DNA of 64,000 nucleotides from Squalus acanthias (lineage: Eukaryota): contig CM059431.1 of assembly GCA_030390025.1 (NCBI GenBank), positions 117,368,001 to 117,432,000 on the forward strand. The letters run 5' to 3'. The number at the start of each line of letters is the position of its first letter. Position 1 is the stretch's first letter. A model generated the notes under the pieces. It saw only the letters and a program-made list of their open reading frames with translations. It had not been told where the DNA came from and ran no database searches. The position numbers were made by a program, and so were the translations under genes. This document shows positions 13,905-27,067 of the stretch, piece after piece.

Positions 13905-13953
13905 CTTGTGTCTCCTGGCAATGTACACGCTTGCACATGTGAAGAAGTGAGAG
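13905..13953 (-). other. Candidate 49-nt exon
   Basis: Minus strand TTTTTTTAATGAAG acceptor and AAG|GTAAGG donor. Confidence 0.25.
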
Positions 13954-14089
13954 CTTCATTAAAAAAATACAAATTTAATGTAAATCAGCAGATAATGTAA
14001 AGCTTCACTGTGAATTTGCTTTTGCCATTCTTCAACTACAAGCTGTGGGATTTGTTTCCAATGCTCTTCGGATGAAATGATAAATCTGC

Positions 14090-14385
14090 TCTTTCAGGTG
14101 GACATTAAAGATCCCATGGCACTATTTTGAAGAAGAGCAGGGGAGTCATTCCCGGTGTCCTGGCCAATATTTATCCCTCAATCAACATCACTAAAAAAAA
14201 CAGATTATCTGGTCATTATCACATTGCTGTTTGTGGGAGCTTGCTGTGTGCAAATTGGCTGCCGTGATTCCTACATTACAACAGTGACTACACTTCAAAA
14301 TTACTTCATTGGCTTTAAAGCGCTTTGAGATGTCCTGAGGTCGTGAAAGGCACTATATAAATACAAGTCTTTCTTTCTTTTCTTT
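14090..14385 (+). mobile_element. Deu-domain SINE (SacSINE1/AmnSINE1-like), 5'-truncated
   Basis: Deu core CATTGCTGTTTGTGGGAGCTTGCTGTGTGCAAATTGGCTGCC; L2-type tail GAAAGGCACTATATAAATACAAGT plus (CTTT)n. Confidence 0.85.
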
Positions 14386-14439
14386 TTCCCACGAAACGTC
14401 ATATAAAATGATGAACAACAAAGGCATTCCAGGTGATAT

Positions 14440-16290
14440 CAGCTGGCACCAGAGACAGGTTATCTCTACTCGCCATTATACTACCAGCTATAGCTACAGA
14501 TCCAGGCACAGCAATCTGACAATGATGGAGGAACACTGTTTCCAAAGAGTCAGGTTCAGCAGGGAGGCAGTTATAGAACTGTGCCATCTGCTACATAGAA
14601 ACCTCTAGGCAACTTTCACAATAGAGACAATACCATCATTCTCATCTTTTATGCTTTCACTACCTTGAAGGCTGCCACAGGGTCACCTACATTATCAGCC
14701 AATTTAGTGCTCACAGATGTATCAAACTGGTGACTGATCCATTGTCTATCAGGGCAAGCACTTTCATCTCTTTTTCCAATTGAACACCGCAGCAGAATGA
14801 CAGGTTGCCAATTTCACCACACGACAAAAATTCCCAAATTACAGGGGGTTATTGATGGAATCACGTGGCTTTCTGATTACCTTGGTACTATGCCAATTAC
14901 CTAGATGAACAGAAAGTGCCTTGACTCCATCAGCATGCAGCTGGTCAGTGGCTATTAACACTATCATGCAAGTCACCAGGCAGTGGTCATGGTGCCTTTA
15001 CATTTAGACAATCACCTGTGCCAGGCTTATTTGAAAGCGAAAGCACACTGGAAGAAGAGGACAAACCATGGCTACCTTCATGTCCATGACTAATGGCACC
15101 CTTGTGGCAGGTATGCATAGAACGGAGCACAGATTTAATGAGAGCCATACAGCTACCAGCATTATTCAAGAAGATACCATCGGCACTTTGAAGCAACACC
15201 TCAGTAGTTCTGGGGAAGCCTTACAGCACAACCCTACCATGCTCTCCATGATCAACAGCATCTGCAGCATGTTCCACAGGTCAGCATTACAAAAAGGCCT
15301 AAATATGGAGCAGGAGGAGGGGACCAACCTACAATCAGGACTAGAGCAGGATGCAGATATTGGACAAAAGAAAATCTGACACCATAAAGGCAGACAAGAG
15401 TTGAGTGTCTTAGCTCTGTGTGTTGTGTAAAAGCTGATACCATGCCTTCAGGTGATGTTATTATGGGGCAATGTTATAGGTAGGGAAGAGGCTAAGGGTA
15501 GATCTTTAGGGGAGCCTGGAGGTGACAGTGTGATCATCAAATAGAAGCCGTTGAAGGTACATTGGCTACATTTATATAAGTTGGAATATAAAAATATAAG
15601 GACAGATCCCGAAGCTGGAGGAAGGGAGAGAGGAAGAGATTGACATGGTCAACGGTGTCAAATGGTGCGCAAAGAGGAAACCATTGACAATGATAGCTAG
15701 CATGACAGTTAAGATGTTGATTGGTCAAGAGTTGAGTGGGGATTGAGAGAGCAGAAGGTGGATTTCATGAAGGGGAGGGGGCAGGGAGGGAGATAGGGGA
15801 ACTGCAGAAAGATTGATGTTCAGACTAAATTAGGTGGAAGCAATGGAGGCAGCTGCACAGATGATTTGATCTTAGAGGCTAAGATATCTACGAGCTCCTT
15901 GAGCTATTCACAACAGATACCCCCACTGTGCTACGGACATGTGCCACCAGGGTCTTCACTGTAGATTCCCCTGGAGTTGCCACACACCCCATGTTACACT
16001 GCTAGTGGACTCATCCATCCTCTTAGCTAATCTTTGCAGCGTATTTTGGATGGTCTCAAGGGACTCATGCTCAATCAGCAATCTTCCTTCATAAGCAGGT
16101 TCTATGAGTTTTGAATGTTTGGGCTCTACAGCCAAGCTAGGAAGTGAGCAAGCCATCTGGCCAAGAGGTTTCTGTTCCTTCGTGCCAACAACATTTGCTG
16201 CTCTACATGCACACACTTTGACTCACCCAGTATCACCTCCTCAAGCTCACAATCTCAATTCTCTGGTGTGGGTATAGTTCTGCTGGTGCT
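14440..16290. mobile_element. Highly degenerate Harbinger (transposase + ~14450-15380; Myb remnant - ~15930-16290) with an L2 fragment at ~15400-15720
   Basis: EEHCFQRVRFSREAVIELCHLL and RFNESHTATSIIQEDTIGTLKQ..GEALQHNP; L2-like APFDTVDH on -. Confidence 0.65.
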
Positions 16291-16379
16291 TGCAATTGTT
16301 TCTGAGAGTGATACAGGGTACTATGAGGTACTGGCTTTTTCTGGCCACTATGCTGACAGCTTATTTTTTGAGGACTACC

Positions 16380-17500
16380 CTAGTATCGCTGGTATTTGTC
16401 CTCCCCCTCTACTGTAAACAAATACAAAGTACTCATTTAACAAGTCTGTTTTTAATGAGCCGAATGTGGCTCACACTCCGGCAATTTATCACTCTTTCTC
16501 TTATATTGAAAAAAACATTTCCTGTTAGCTTTGCCAGTTTTTTCATATTTTTGTTGTGCCACTTATTACTTTCTTTGTATTCCTTTGTTGTTATTTTTAG
16601 CTCTCCCAGTCTGCTAGATTTCCACTTTCCCTCTGTGCAACGCTTTTCTTTTAGCATGATACTGTCTCTTACCTCATTTGTCGACCGTGGTTGCTTAACA
16701 ACACAAGTGGAGCATTTCTCTTTTTGGGGTATGTATTTGTTTTGCATCATACCAACTACTTCTCTGAATACTTCCCATTGTTTGTCTGCAGGTGTACCCA
16801 GTAACAGTTCAGTCCAGTTACCTGTGGTTAATTCAGTTCTCATCCTTTCAAAGGTTGCCTTACTTAAATATAAAACCTTGGTTTGTGACTCTCCTTTCTC
16901 AAACCTAACATCAAATTCAATCATATTATGGTTACTATTTGCAAGATACTCCCTTACCATTTGATTATTAACTAATTCTGGTTCTTTACTCATCACTTAA
17001 TCCAATATGGCTCGTTCCCTTGCCAATTCTAACTAGAAAGTTATCCTAAATACATTCTAGAAATTAATTGCTTTTACTAGTCTATGTGAAAATTAAAATC
17101 TCCCATTATAACCACACTGTTTTTGCTCTATTCTTCCCTGATCTCCATATTTAAACATCCCCCCACTACATTACTGTCAGGAGGTCTATAGATAACTTTG
17201 ACCAAGGTTTTACATAATTTGCTGTTCTTTAACTCGACCCCTAATGTTTCTACTGCTTGATCAACCTTACTGAAGTCCCTTCTTTCTTCTGCGGTAATCA
17301 ATAATGCTACTCCCATTCTTTCCCAATTCCCCTGTCCTTTCTAAAGATCCTGTAGCCTGGAATATTTAGCTCCAAATCATGCTCAGGCTGTAGCCAGGTC
17401 TCTGTAATGGCTGCTACGTCATACTCTTTAAGTTGAATTTGTGCTTCCAACTAACTTGTTTTATTTCTTATGCTATGTGCATTTGTGTAGATTCTTGTGT
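16380..17500 (-). mobile_element. Old CR1 fragment (endonuclease and linker region)
   Basis: GVALLI..IYRPPDS (17128-17316); EYLANSNHNMIEFDV..DKQWEVFRE (16433-16996). Confidence 0.85.
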
Positions 17501-18886
17501 CTAGGTAACTGTCCCCAATCCGTCCATATGTCCTGCTAGGCTTTTTCTCACACTTGTTGACTTACAGTGTGGATGTTCCCCCCCCCCCCCCCACCACTAC
17601 TTTAAATATTTTCCCACTGTCATCTTTACCCGTTACAGTCGGAATGGATATATTTCTATTTGGCCTGGCCTGATGAGTCAGGCATTACTTTGTCTCCCAC
17701 CAATATTTCATGGTGATCCCTTCGCACTTCCACCTGCTCTGTTATTTGTCCCTTGTGTTTGGTCTTATCATTGGTAGTCTACATTGTAATAATACATTCC
17801 CTTTGCAGTTAGTCATTATGATCAGTTCAGTGACAGTCTTCAGCATTCTCATTCATCAGGCTGAGCTGGCATTGGTAATGAGTTTACAGGAAGTATAACA
17901 GGCTGAAAGGTGACTTTCACAATACAGGCACCATATCCATCACCACATTTCAGCCAAAAGGAGGATGGAGAATGGCACATAACAACACATTTCGTTCACC
18001 CACAGAGCTTAACTTTCAAGCAGCAATATGAGTGTGATTAGCTTGCATTTGGCTCTTTTGGAAGACACAGCTGAGGGGGTCATTGGCACCTTGACAGGAC
18101 TCTGTAGCATTGGTAGGACAAGAGCTTCTTCATCCACTTGATTATATTTTCTTTGAGATAGTTTCTTCACATGTAATACACTGTCACCTTGCTTTAAGAT
18201 AAATTATTGTCATGTACAATAATCGCCATGGGCTTTTCAGGAGGAAGCAGTTAATATACAACATGATAGCTGTGAAGCACTGGTAAAATTCTAACAATTT
18301 GAGAGAGCAAAATGCTTCTAATATAGAATGTGGCACATTGTGGTTTTTAATATATTGTTTTTAGACCAATTTGTAATTGGGATACATTCCTCAATGCCAA
18401 CATACAGCTCCTTTGATATTTACCAAATTCTTCCATCTTATTATTTCAACATATCTGTTCCTTCATTAGTGTAATAAAAAGACATAATTCTTGTTGAATA
18501 AATATTGGTTTAGAAACGGTGAATGAAACAGACCTATCAAGTTTAGTGAGTCTGATGCATATCTAAATAACTTCATGAATGAAAGACTAAAATACTATAT
18601 ATGGCTCAGGGAGATTTTGGACTAGCTCATTATATTGAATGTGACCTTTGAAGGTTTTAAATCCATTTCATGGTTGAGTGCAGTAATAAATGCCACAGCT
18701 GACAAGTGTATGAATGGATACTTAAACAACCTATGCTGAACATTTTCTCTGGTCATTTTGTCAAGTTGACATCTTTTTTGTGGGTTTGGAGCTGCATGTG
18801 TCAGCAGTAGCTGTGTAATAATGAGGGAAACATTAAAAAAAGAGCATTCTGTAGCCAGAAGAATCAACTCCACCGGGGATGGTTTG

Positions 18887-19276
18887 ATGCGGAGATGCCG
18901 GCGTTGGACTGGGGTGGACAAAATTGAGAAGTCGCACAACACCAGGTTATAGTCCAACAGATTTATTTAAAATTACAAGCTTTCGGAGCTATGCTGCCCC
19001 TTCTTCAGGTAAAGTTACTGTGAGAGAATCTACAAGAATTCACAGAATATAAACACAGAGAAAATGCAGAGATACAATTTTTTTTTTTACATCAAAGACA
19101 CACTAAGAGCATGAGATGTGTCCCAGGGGGTCCAACGTGTCAAAACACCTGCTGTCTGCATATCCTCTCCATTTGGGTTTGTTTTTTGTGTTTGTTTTTT
19201 GTGTTTGTTTTTTTTTTAAACTGGAAAGACAGGCAACGATGTCAAGTCACGTTCTGTAGCATGACATGAACCCAAT
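18887..19276 (-). mobile_element. Penelope-like family 1 solo pseudo-LTR
   Basis: Near-identical to 34019-34418; perfect 8-bp TSD ATGGTTTG (18879-18886, 19277-19284). Confidence 0.9.
18973..19012 (-). ncRNA. Minimal type I hammerhead ribozyme motif (PLE family 1)
   Basis: Minus strand UUAC-CUGAAGA-A-GGGGC[AGCAUA]GCUCC-GAAA-GC-UU-GUAA: core boxes, 5-bp stem II, stem I UUAC/GUAA, palindromic AAGCUU. Confidence 0.75.
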
Positions 19277-19444
19277 ATGGTTTGCACACACATTACTCAA
19301 ATAGTTTCGCAAGCTGATGTAGGTGTATAGCAAAGGTGACAATGGGGAAAACTGCCTTGACACCCTGCTAATGTTAAACAGCAAGGCGTTGCAAAGCAAC
19401 TGGTAAACAATTCCTGGGAATCACACTTTAGCATTAAATACCAA

Positions 19445-22150
19445 GGAGGTGAGTTTCTCCTGCTCCACTGCCATAACTTTGGTGGAAGTTCGACGGGACC
19501 CAGTTTAGGCCGAAGATACAATGGTAGAGGGTGAGAAGTTCAAAGAAACCTCAGCCTCCAAATGTCTCTTTTCGCGTTCAAAATTAGATTTTTCTAAACA
19601 AGTATTTTTGTAAATTTGTCTTTTACCACGTAGGATCATAATACTTTAAAGGGATGAAATTCCTCTTTTCACATGGCAAATGAGCTAAATGACTATGACC
19701 TAGAATTTCCTCAATGTGATTCACACTATTGTCATACCTGTAAAAAAATTGTAACATCTGCTGAAGACCTCTGGAGAAAGACACAAGGATGTTTCCTGGG
19801 AATACTCATTTGCATACCTATTGGTACAGGCATTGGTCTAAAACTGGTGCAAAAACTGGTGCTGTAACTGAACCAGCCTCATAAGACTTGTGCTGCCTGT
19901 ACATTCCTGATCTTCCTTTCCTCCAAACACTGCTGCTTTTCCTCCGCCTCCAAAATAATAGCATAAATAGGTATCCCCATGGGAAAACCATACCTGTCCA
20001 TTGGGAAAGCCATACTGGGAAGCATTGACATTCTACTAGAGGAACACTTAGAAGGAGCACAAGGTTAGGCAGCAGAAGATGCTTTGAGTAAAAGGAAAGG
20101 ACTGGGAAAACACGTTGAACACAGCAGCACTAAACACTGGGAGAGTTAACGGAAGTTGCATTGACTGATTCTGGAATGTGTCATAGGGATATCAGGTATA
20201 AGACAACTGGTACCACGACTTCGGAATATACAGACCAAAGTGCTCCTACTTTCACCTGACATAGGAGCAGTGTTTGTGGAGGTCATGTTTCATAGGGAAT
20301 CCACTAATGAGTTGTGCTGCATGCTGCAACATACCTGCAGCCCACCTGCACCATGGCACTGCACTACCAATGGATAGGAAGGTTACTACGGGTACTCACT
20401 TTTCCATCATTCCAGGCTCCTTCAGGGATATCACTAACATTAATCAGTGGACTGTGCACAGATGTATCAAGCAGGTCACTGCTGCATTGTATGTTAAACT
20501 AAACTTGTTCATCAGCTTCCCAATGGACAACCACAAGCAGCATGATAGAGCCTTGCAATTTTACCAAGTGGCTGGACTCCTCCAAGTCCAAGGTATAGTA
20601 GATTGCACCATGTGACCATATATATTCCCTTCAACAATTTCATCACTGACATGAACAAGAGAGGCTTCCACCCTTCAATAGACAGCTTATCTGTAACCAG
20701 CAATGCCATATCATGCATAGAAATGCTCACATTCTTGGAGGTGCCACAAGGTCTTCATATTAAAGCGCTCCACCATGTTCGCATTTTTTCGACTATAAAT
20801 GGCAATATTTGGGTGGATTCAGGAATATCGTGGCTACGTTCTACAGCCTCGGCTCATAACACCCATGTACTTTCCCACATCCCCAGCTCAAATCCATTAT
20901 AACAAGGTCCATTCTACCACTAGATCCACCATTAAGCACACAAGCCTGCTGGAGGTGCGCTATAATATAGTCCAGCTGGAATCTCTAGGATATTGGTGGT
21001 CTGCTGTAGGCTGCTTGCACAACATTGCTTGGCAAAGAGGCCTTTTCATGGAGGGCTGAGAGGAAGAAGGCAAACTAGGGAAGCAAGTGCATCAGGCAGT
21101 CCAGCAGCAACAGCTGGAGAATGCCAAAGATAACCCGTGTTGGCTGCAAGAGATATTCATGCTCGACTGACTTGGGAGACTTCCTTTTGACTACCACATC
21201 TTCCCACTGCTTAAATAGTCATGTCTTTATCTTCTTCCTTCTCATCTCATATCTGCCACCAGCTACAGGCTCTTCTGGGTGCTCTACAACTCACACTGCG
21301 CCCATTCATCCCTCCTCATTCATGCTATTTCTGAACCTTACCAAAGATATTGTTGGTGCACACTTCGACTTAAGTAGTACCCACATTTTATTTACAACCT
21401 AGACTGTATATGGATGTACTTCTTACCACTGTGTTTGTCCCTTGTAGCCAGTGTATGATGTTCTAACTCAACCCTAATATAGTGCTCCTACTATGTGCTA
21501 CTTGAAAGGTAAATGTGCGTGAGGTGACTGACTGTTGTCTGTCAATATGAGCCTCTTTGTATTCAGGTGGCTCTTGTTTCATGGCAATCAAATCCAGAGA
21601 TGGATAAGCTGCAACTTGCATATATTGCATGGACAGCTTAATCCTACCTTCTTTCAGCCACATGTGCAGGCATCTGAGTAGGTGTGCTGCATTCCTGAGA
21701 GACTGCAGCATCATATGAGCACCTTCATGCCATGCCACTGGTACTGGGCATTGGCTTTCGTAGCTATTCCTAAGTCGGAAAATAAACCAAATGATACCAA
21801 TCAGATTGTTAAAGTACGCTGAGAGACTTGGTCTGTATCACAGCCTCAATAGCTTGGAGGCCGGTAGAAGCAGCCCCAAACCTTTATGGCAGCAATCTGA
21901 ACCCCCACAGCGAAAGCACAGACTGCTCTTGAGCTCTCTGTAATGGACACATCCAATGCTGATATGTCAAGAGTTCCATTCATTCCTGCAGTGCTGCAAA
22001 ATCAGCCACCGTAGTGGTTAGCAGTGGACTCCTTCAGTTTCTTTATCATCTTCTGCCTATTCTGGGCGATTGTCCACCATGCTTGCAAATACGATTAATT
22101 CTTGGCAAGTATCCAACTTTTAAAAGCAGGACTCATGAGATCTGAATCTG
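19445..22150. mobile_element. Degenerate Harbinger (transposase + ~20200-21150; Myb remnants - ~21450-22100)
   Basis: QWTVHRCIKQVTAALY..FISFPMD..QFYQVAGLLQVQGIVDCT; NKRGFHPS; YNKVHSTTRSTIKH..CLHNIA. Confidence 0.7.
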
Positions 22151-22169
22151 GGATTCGGCACTTTATAGC

Positions 22170-22555
22170 TTTTTGGACTCAACGTTGAATTCAACAACTT
22201 TAGTTCATAACCACCGCTCCCATTTTCTCAGACAGCAGGTGCTGTTAATGGGTCTGTTATTGTCATTTACACCTCCTCTGGACCCATCTTTTGTTTCTTC
22301 ATTGATATTTTTGCCTTTCACCATCATCCCTTTTGCCATTTAATCACTCCTGCCCTCCACCCTATCACAGACCTTCTGTTTTGTTCTTTCCTCCCCTCCC
22401 TTTTTTCACTGCTTCTGTACTTGCTTATAAATTGTTAAATCTCTAGCTTCTTCCAGTTCTGATGAAAGATCATTGACCTAAAACATTAATTCTGTTTGTC
22501 TCCACAGATGCTGATTGACGCTGAGTATTTCCAACATTTTCTGTTTTTATTAAAG
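22170..22555 (+). mobile_element. Penelope-like family 2 pseudo-LTR with decayed hammerhead (~22455-22492)
   Basis: LNVEFNNFSS C-terminus; CTGATGAAAGATCATTGACCTAAAACATT; matches reverse of 23640-24070. Confidence 0.8.
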
Positions 22556-23728
22556 AAAACACATGCTCAGTTCACATTCCTTTCTGGTTCCCGTAGGATC
22601 TGATTCCCTTAGATCTGATGTTCTCTAGGTGGATGTCTTTGGGCTGTTGCTTGGTAGAGAGTTGGTGAGTGATGGCATGTGGGATGCATTGCTAGCTGGG
22701 TAGGAAACAGGCCTGGCAGATCTTATCCCTGCTCCTCTGCTTCTTCTTGTTGGGTGACATCTAAAGGAGGATCAGAAGACAAGTGAGAATGGTTTGCAGA
22801 GGAGCAAAGTTCTCTTATGACTTGCAGGTAGAAAGAGTACATAAGAACATAAGAAATAGGAGCAGGAGTAGGCCTGCTCCACCATTTAATGAGATCATGG
22901 CTGATCTGATCTTGGGCTCAGCTCCATTTCCCTGCCCGCTCGCCATAACTCATCACTCCCTTATTGTTCAAAAGTCTGTCTATCTCCACCTTAAATATAT
23001 TCAATGACCCAGCCTCCACAGCTCTCTGGGGCAGAGAATTCCACAGATTTACGACCCTCTGAGAGAAGAATTTCCTCCTCATCTCAGTTTGAAATGGGCG
23101 ACCCCTTATTCTGAAACTATGCCCCCTAGTTCTAGATTCCCCCATGAGGTGAAACATCCTCTTTGCATCTACCTTGTCAACCCCCTTCAATATCTTATAT
23201 GTTTCAATAAGATCACCTCTCATTCTTCTAAACTCCAATGAGTATAGGCCCAACCTGCTCAACCTTTCTTCATCAGACAACCCCTTCATCTCAGGAATCA
23301 ATCTAGTGAACCTTCTCTGAACTGCCTCCAATGCAAGTATATCCCTCCTTAAATAAGGAGACCAAAACTGTACGCAGTACTCCAGGTGTGGTCTCACCAA
23401 TACCCTGTACAGTTGTAGTAGGACTTCCCTGCCTTTATACTCCAACCCCCTTGAAATAAAGGCCAACATTCCATTTGCCTTCCTGATTACTTGCTGTACC
23501 TGCATGCTAACTTTTTGTGTTTCATGCACAAGGTCCCCAGGTCCCTCTGTACTGCAGCATTTTGTAATCTCTCTCCATTTAAATAATAATTTGCTTTTTT
23601 CTTTTTCTTACCAAAGTGGATAACCTCGCATGATAGCAAAATACTGTGGATGCTGGAAATCCGAAATAACAACAGAAAACGCTGGAAAAACTCAGCAGGC
23701 CAGGCAGCATCCATGGAGAGAGAAACAG

Positions 23729-23765
23729 AGTTAACGTTTCAGGTCGAAGACCTTTCGTCAGAACT
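23729..23765 (-). ncRNA. Minimal hammerhead ribozyme motif (PLE family 2)
   Basis: Exact reverse complement of 24526-24562. Confidence 0.75.
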
Positions 23766-24525
23766 GGAAAAAAGCAGGAAATGAAATAGATTTAAAGCAA
23801 GTATAAAGCTGGGAAAAGGGGGAGGGGATGGAAGAACAAAAGGAGAGATTAAGAGACATTGAGAGACATTAAGAGATGATCAAGGCAAGAGGACGTGTTG
23901 ATGTAACAGGTTGAGGCTAAATGAAGTGTGAAATGCACTGGCAGAATGGAGGACAGCTGGCAGCTTCTGGGAGGAAAAAAAAGGGGGGGCCAAACAAAAG
24001 GGTGGATGAAAAAATAAAATATAAATGTGATAGGGGCCGAGGTTATGATCTAAAATTGTTGAACTCGATGTTGAGTCCAGAGGGCTGTAGGGTGCCTAAA
24101 CGAAAGATGAGGTGCTGTTCCTCGAGCTTACGCTGCGCTTCCGTGGAACAGTGTAATAGGCTGAGGACGGTGAGGTCAGAGTGGGAGTGGAGCGGAGAAT
24201 TAAAGTGACAGGCCACCGGGAGCTTGGGGTCCCCCTTACGGACTGAACGGAGGTGTTCCGCAAAACGGTCACCCAATCTGCGTTTGGTCTCCCCAATGTA
24301 GAGGAGACCACATCGTGAGCGGTGAATACAGTATACTAAATTGCAGGAAGTACAAGTAAATCGCTGTTTCACCTGGAAGGGGTGTTTGGGGCCCTGGACA
24401 GTGGGAAGAGGGGAGGTATAAGGGCATGTGTTACATCTTCTGCGCTTGCACGGGAAGGTGCCGGGCGAAGGGGAAGGGGTGCTGGGGTACTTGCTTTAAA
24501 TCTATTTCATTTCCTGCTTTTTTCC

Positions 24526-24562
24526 AGTTCTGACGAAAGGTCTTCGACCTGAAACGTTAACT
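24526..24562 (+). ncRNA. Minimal hammerhead ribozyme motif (PLE family 2)
   Basis: AGUU-CUGACGA-A-AGGUC[UUC]GACCU-GAAA-CG-UU-AACU; perfect 5-bp stem II, stem I AGUU/AACU, palindromic AACGUU. Confidence 0.8.
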
Positions 24563-25379
24563 CTGTTTCTCTCTCCAAGGATGCTGCCTGGCCTGTTGGA
24601 TAACCTCACACTTTCCCACATTATACTCCATCTACCAAATGTTTGCCCACTCACTTAGCCTGTCTATATCCCTTTGCAGATTCTTTGTGTCCTCTTCACA
24701 ACATGCTTTCCCACCTATCTTTGTATCATCAGCATATTTGGCTACATTGCACTCGGTCCCTTCATCCAACTCATTAATATAGATTGTAAATAGTTGAGGC
24801 CCCAGCACTGATCCCTGTGGCAACCCACTAGTTACCGTTTGCCAACCGGAAAATTACCCATTTATCCCAACTCTCTGCTTTCTGTTAGTTAGCCAATCCT
24901 CTATCCATGCTGATATATTACCCCCAACCCTGTGAGCTCTTATCTTGTGCAGTAACCTATTATGTGGCACCTTATCGAATGCCTTCTGGAAATCCAAATA
25001 CACCGCATCCACTGGTTCCCCTTTATCCACCCTGCTCGTTATATCCTCAAAGAACTCCGGCAAATTTGTCAAACATGATTTCCCTTTCATAAAACCATGC
25101 TGACTCTGCTTGACTGTATTATGATTTTCTAAATGTCCTGCTACTGCTTCATTAATAGTGGGCTCCAGCATTTTCCCATAATATGATGGCTTTTGATGTA
25201 GCCCTTTGACATGTTCTATGTGTAACGATAGCATCAGAAGAGGGAGAAGGCAGATGTTTTCCCCTCATGCAATTTAACACAGTAATTAAAATCCTTTTTT
25301 GACCAGTTAGATCTGATTTTTTTCATTTGAAGTGATATCTCTGCTCCACTCACATCACTTATAACACTGCTAGTATTCT

Positions 25380-25900
25380 GTAGGTGTCTTACCTGTGTTT
25401 TGATAGTTTCTGCTGCTCTGCCAGTATCAACTGCATCTATTGATTTAGACATTTTCCTGTTAGTAATCTGACTCTGACTTGATCATCTGTTATACAGACT
25501 ACAGTTTTATCTTTTATGAAGCTATCTGCAAGGGATCTGGGTTCACAAGATTTGCTCATTGTTCACATATCTATCATACGTTGATTAATGCTTTCTCCTT
25601 GAGCTTGAAGCCTGACATTGAAAACACATCTTTCTTATGAATTATTCTTCTAAAGTGTGAAATATTCCTTGCAAATATCGATTAATATCTTCAGATTCTA
25701 GTTATTCTTTCCCTCACCATATACAAGCATATCACACACCTCTGTTGCCTCCTCACCTATTGCATACAGAAGGTACTGGCCTGCACTTTCTCTGTTTAGT
25801 TTTCTCAGCCTTTGCTGCTGCCTAGGAATCAAAGCATTCTTCGCCATTTTCTTAGCACTTCTTTGAATTTCCTTCTTGTCTCAGATAATGTGGAAGCTTT
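25380..25900 (-). mobile_element. Ancient Gypsy-type gag remnant
   Basis: Minus-strand fragments LLYAIGEEATEV and DAVDTGRAAE resemble Gypsy gag motifs; many stops. Confidence 0.5.
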
Positions 25901-25909
25901 AAACCTTCC

Positions 25910-26078
25910 AGCCCTAATTTTAACCTAATCCTCCCGACGGGAATGGGGTGGGATCAAGTCGGATATCCGTTTTACACTACATTGACTTCAACGGAGAGTA
26001 AAATTGGACGGGGTGTAAAACAGGTGTCCAGTCTGAACCCGCCTCAGTCCCACCAGGTTAGGATAAAATCGAAGCTTC
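25910..26078. mobile_element. Short hairpin MITE; related copies at ~28682-28821 and ~32999-33110
   Basis: Imperfect palindrome TTTTAACCTAA..CCGTTTTACAC / GTGTAAAACAGG..TTAGGATAAAA. Confidence 0.6.
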
Positions 26079-26204
26079 CATTTCTATCCCAGTTCTGGTA
26101 ATATGTAAATATTTATTGTATATTTGAACAACAACACTCAGGAGATGGTCTGCAGTGCATCAGAAACTTTATTCAAAATGTCTGCTCCCTTCTCTTAACA
26201 CACA

Positions 26205-26834
26205 GGCCCCGAAAATCCATGGGCTAGTGATCCCGGCAATTATGCTGGGATTCGTGTCCTCTTAGGAATCCCTACCACAGAATCCAGCAGATTTTACAGG
26301 GCCAGTGGGAGGTTCTCTCATTAGAATCCCATTGGCAGGTGCCTGCATCACTAAGAGTGCATTTGGTGCATCCACCATAGCAGCTGGGCTGGAAGGTCTG
26401 GTGGACGAGTCCTGGGCACCGCCCCCCCCCCCCCTGCCCCCCGCCCCCTGCCCCCGGAAAGAACCTGTAGGCATCCTCAACAACCCTGAGAAAGGGTAGT
26501 GCTTTAAAAATGTAAAAACAACCATTATGGCGCCAAATCTTCAGTGGTCCAGATCTGTCAGTGATTAGCGACGTACGCCTTGCCCATGCATACTTCTCTC
26601 GACCATACATCAGGTCCTCCTGAAGGCTGGGGCACAGGAACTACTAAAGAAGAGAGTCTCGCCCCCGGCCCCTCCTGCACTCATGAAGATGGCCTTGTAA
26701 GGGAGGTTGGAGGTCCTGCTCGCAAACGACCGTCTCAGAAATGTGCGCAAGGCCGGAACATAAATATAACGAGTGCCAGCCTAGTTTTTGGACATTCCAG
26801 TGGACTGCTGGAATACCAGTGGATTTTCAGGGCC
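26205..26834. mobile_element. Harbinger-type MITE; related sequence at ~61150-61713 in reverse
   Basis: TIRs GGCCCCGAAAATCCA / rc GGCCCTGAAAATCCA (14/15). Confidence 0.7.
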
Positions 26835-27067
26835 TTGGTATTTATAGCTCAATTTCAACTCTGATCACGAGACAGGTTTTACACATTATTGCATAATCTT
26901 ATACATCAACAGTAATTTAGAAGCTACAATGATTATGTAAGGTTTATCTCTAATGAACAGCAACAGGTCTGTTCCATGAAATTCTTAAATACCTATGACA
27001 TTTAAAATAGTGACACACACATGTACAAGAGCAGTGTTTTACAATGACTTAATAAGTCAAATTCTAT

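Larger units (their letters stand above)
23631..24596 (-). mobile_element. Penelope-like family 2 element: GIY-YIG C-terminus plus pLTR (-), with inverted pLTR fragment 24489-24596 (+)
   Basis: CKRRRCNTC linker then FTCTSCNLVYCI..LLYIGETKRRLGDRFAEHLRSV; 14-bp TSD TGGATAACCTCGCA / TGGATAACCTCACA (23617-23630, 24597-24610). Confidence 0.92.
22838..25180 (-). mobile_element. CR1 LINE (RT plus 3' UTR) split by a Penelope-like insertion
   Basis: ORFs 24854-25234, 24632-24823 and 22918-23529 with CR1 RT motifs (YADD); tail at 22838-22860. Confidence 0.95.

Noticed and set aside
16290..16964. 224-aa hydrophobic ORF resembling a membrane protein
   Set aside because: Antisense shadow of the CR1 fragment
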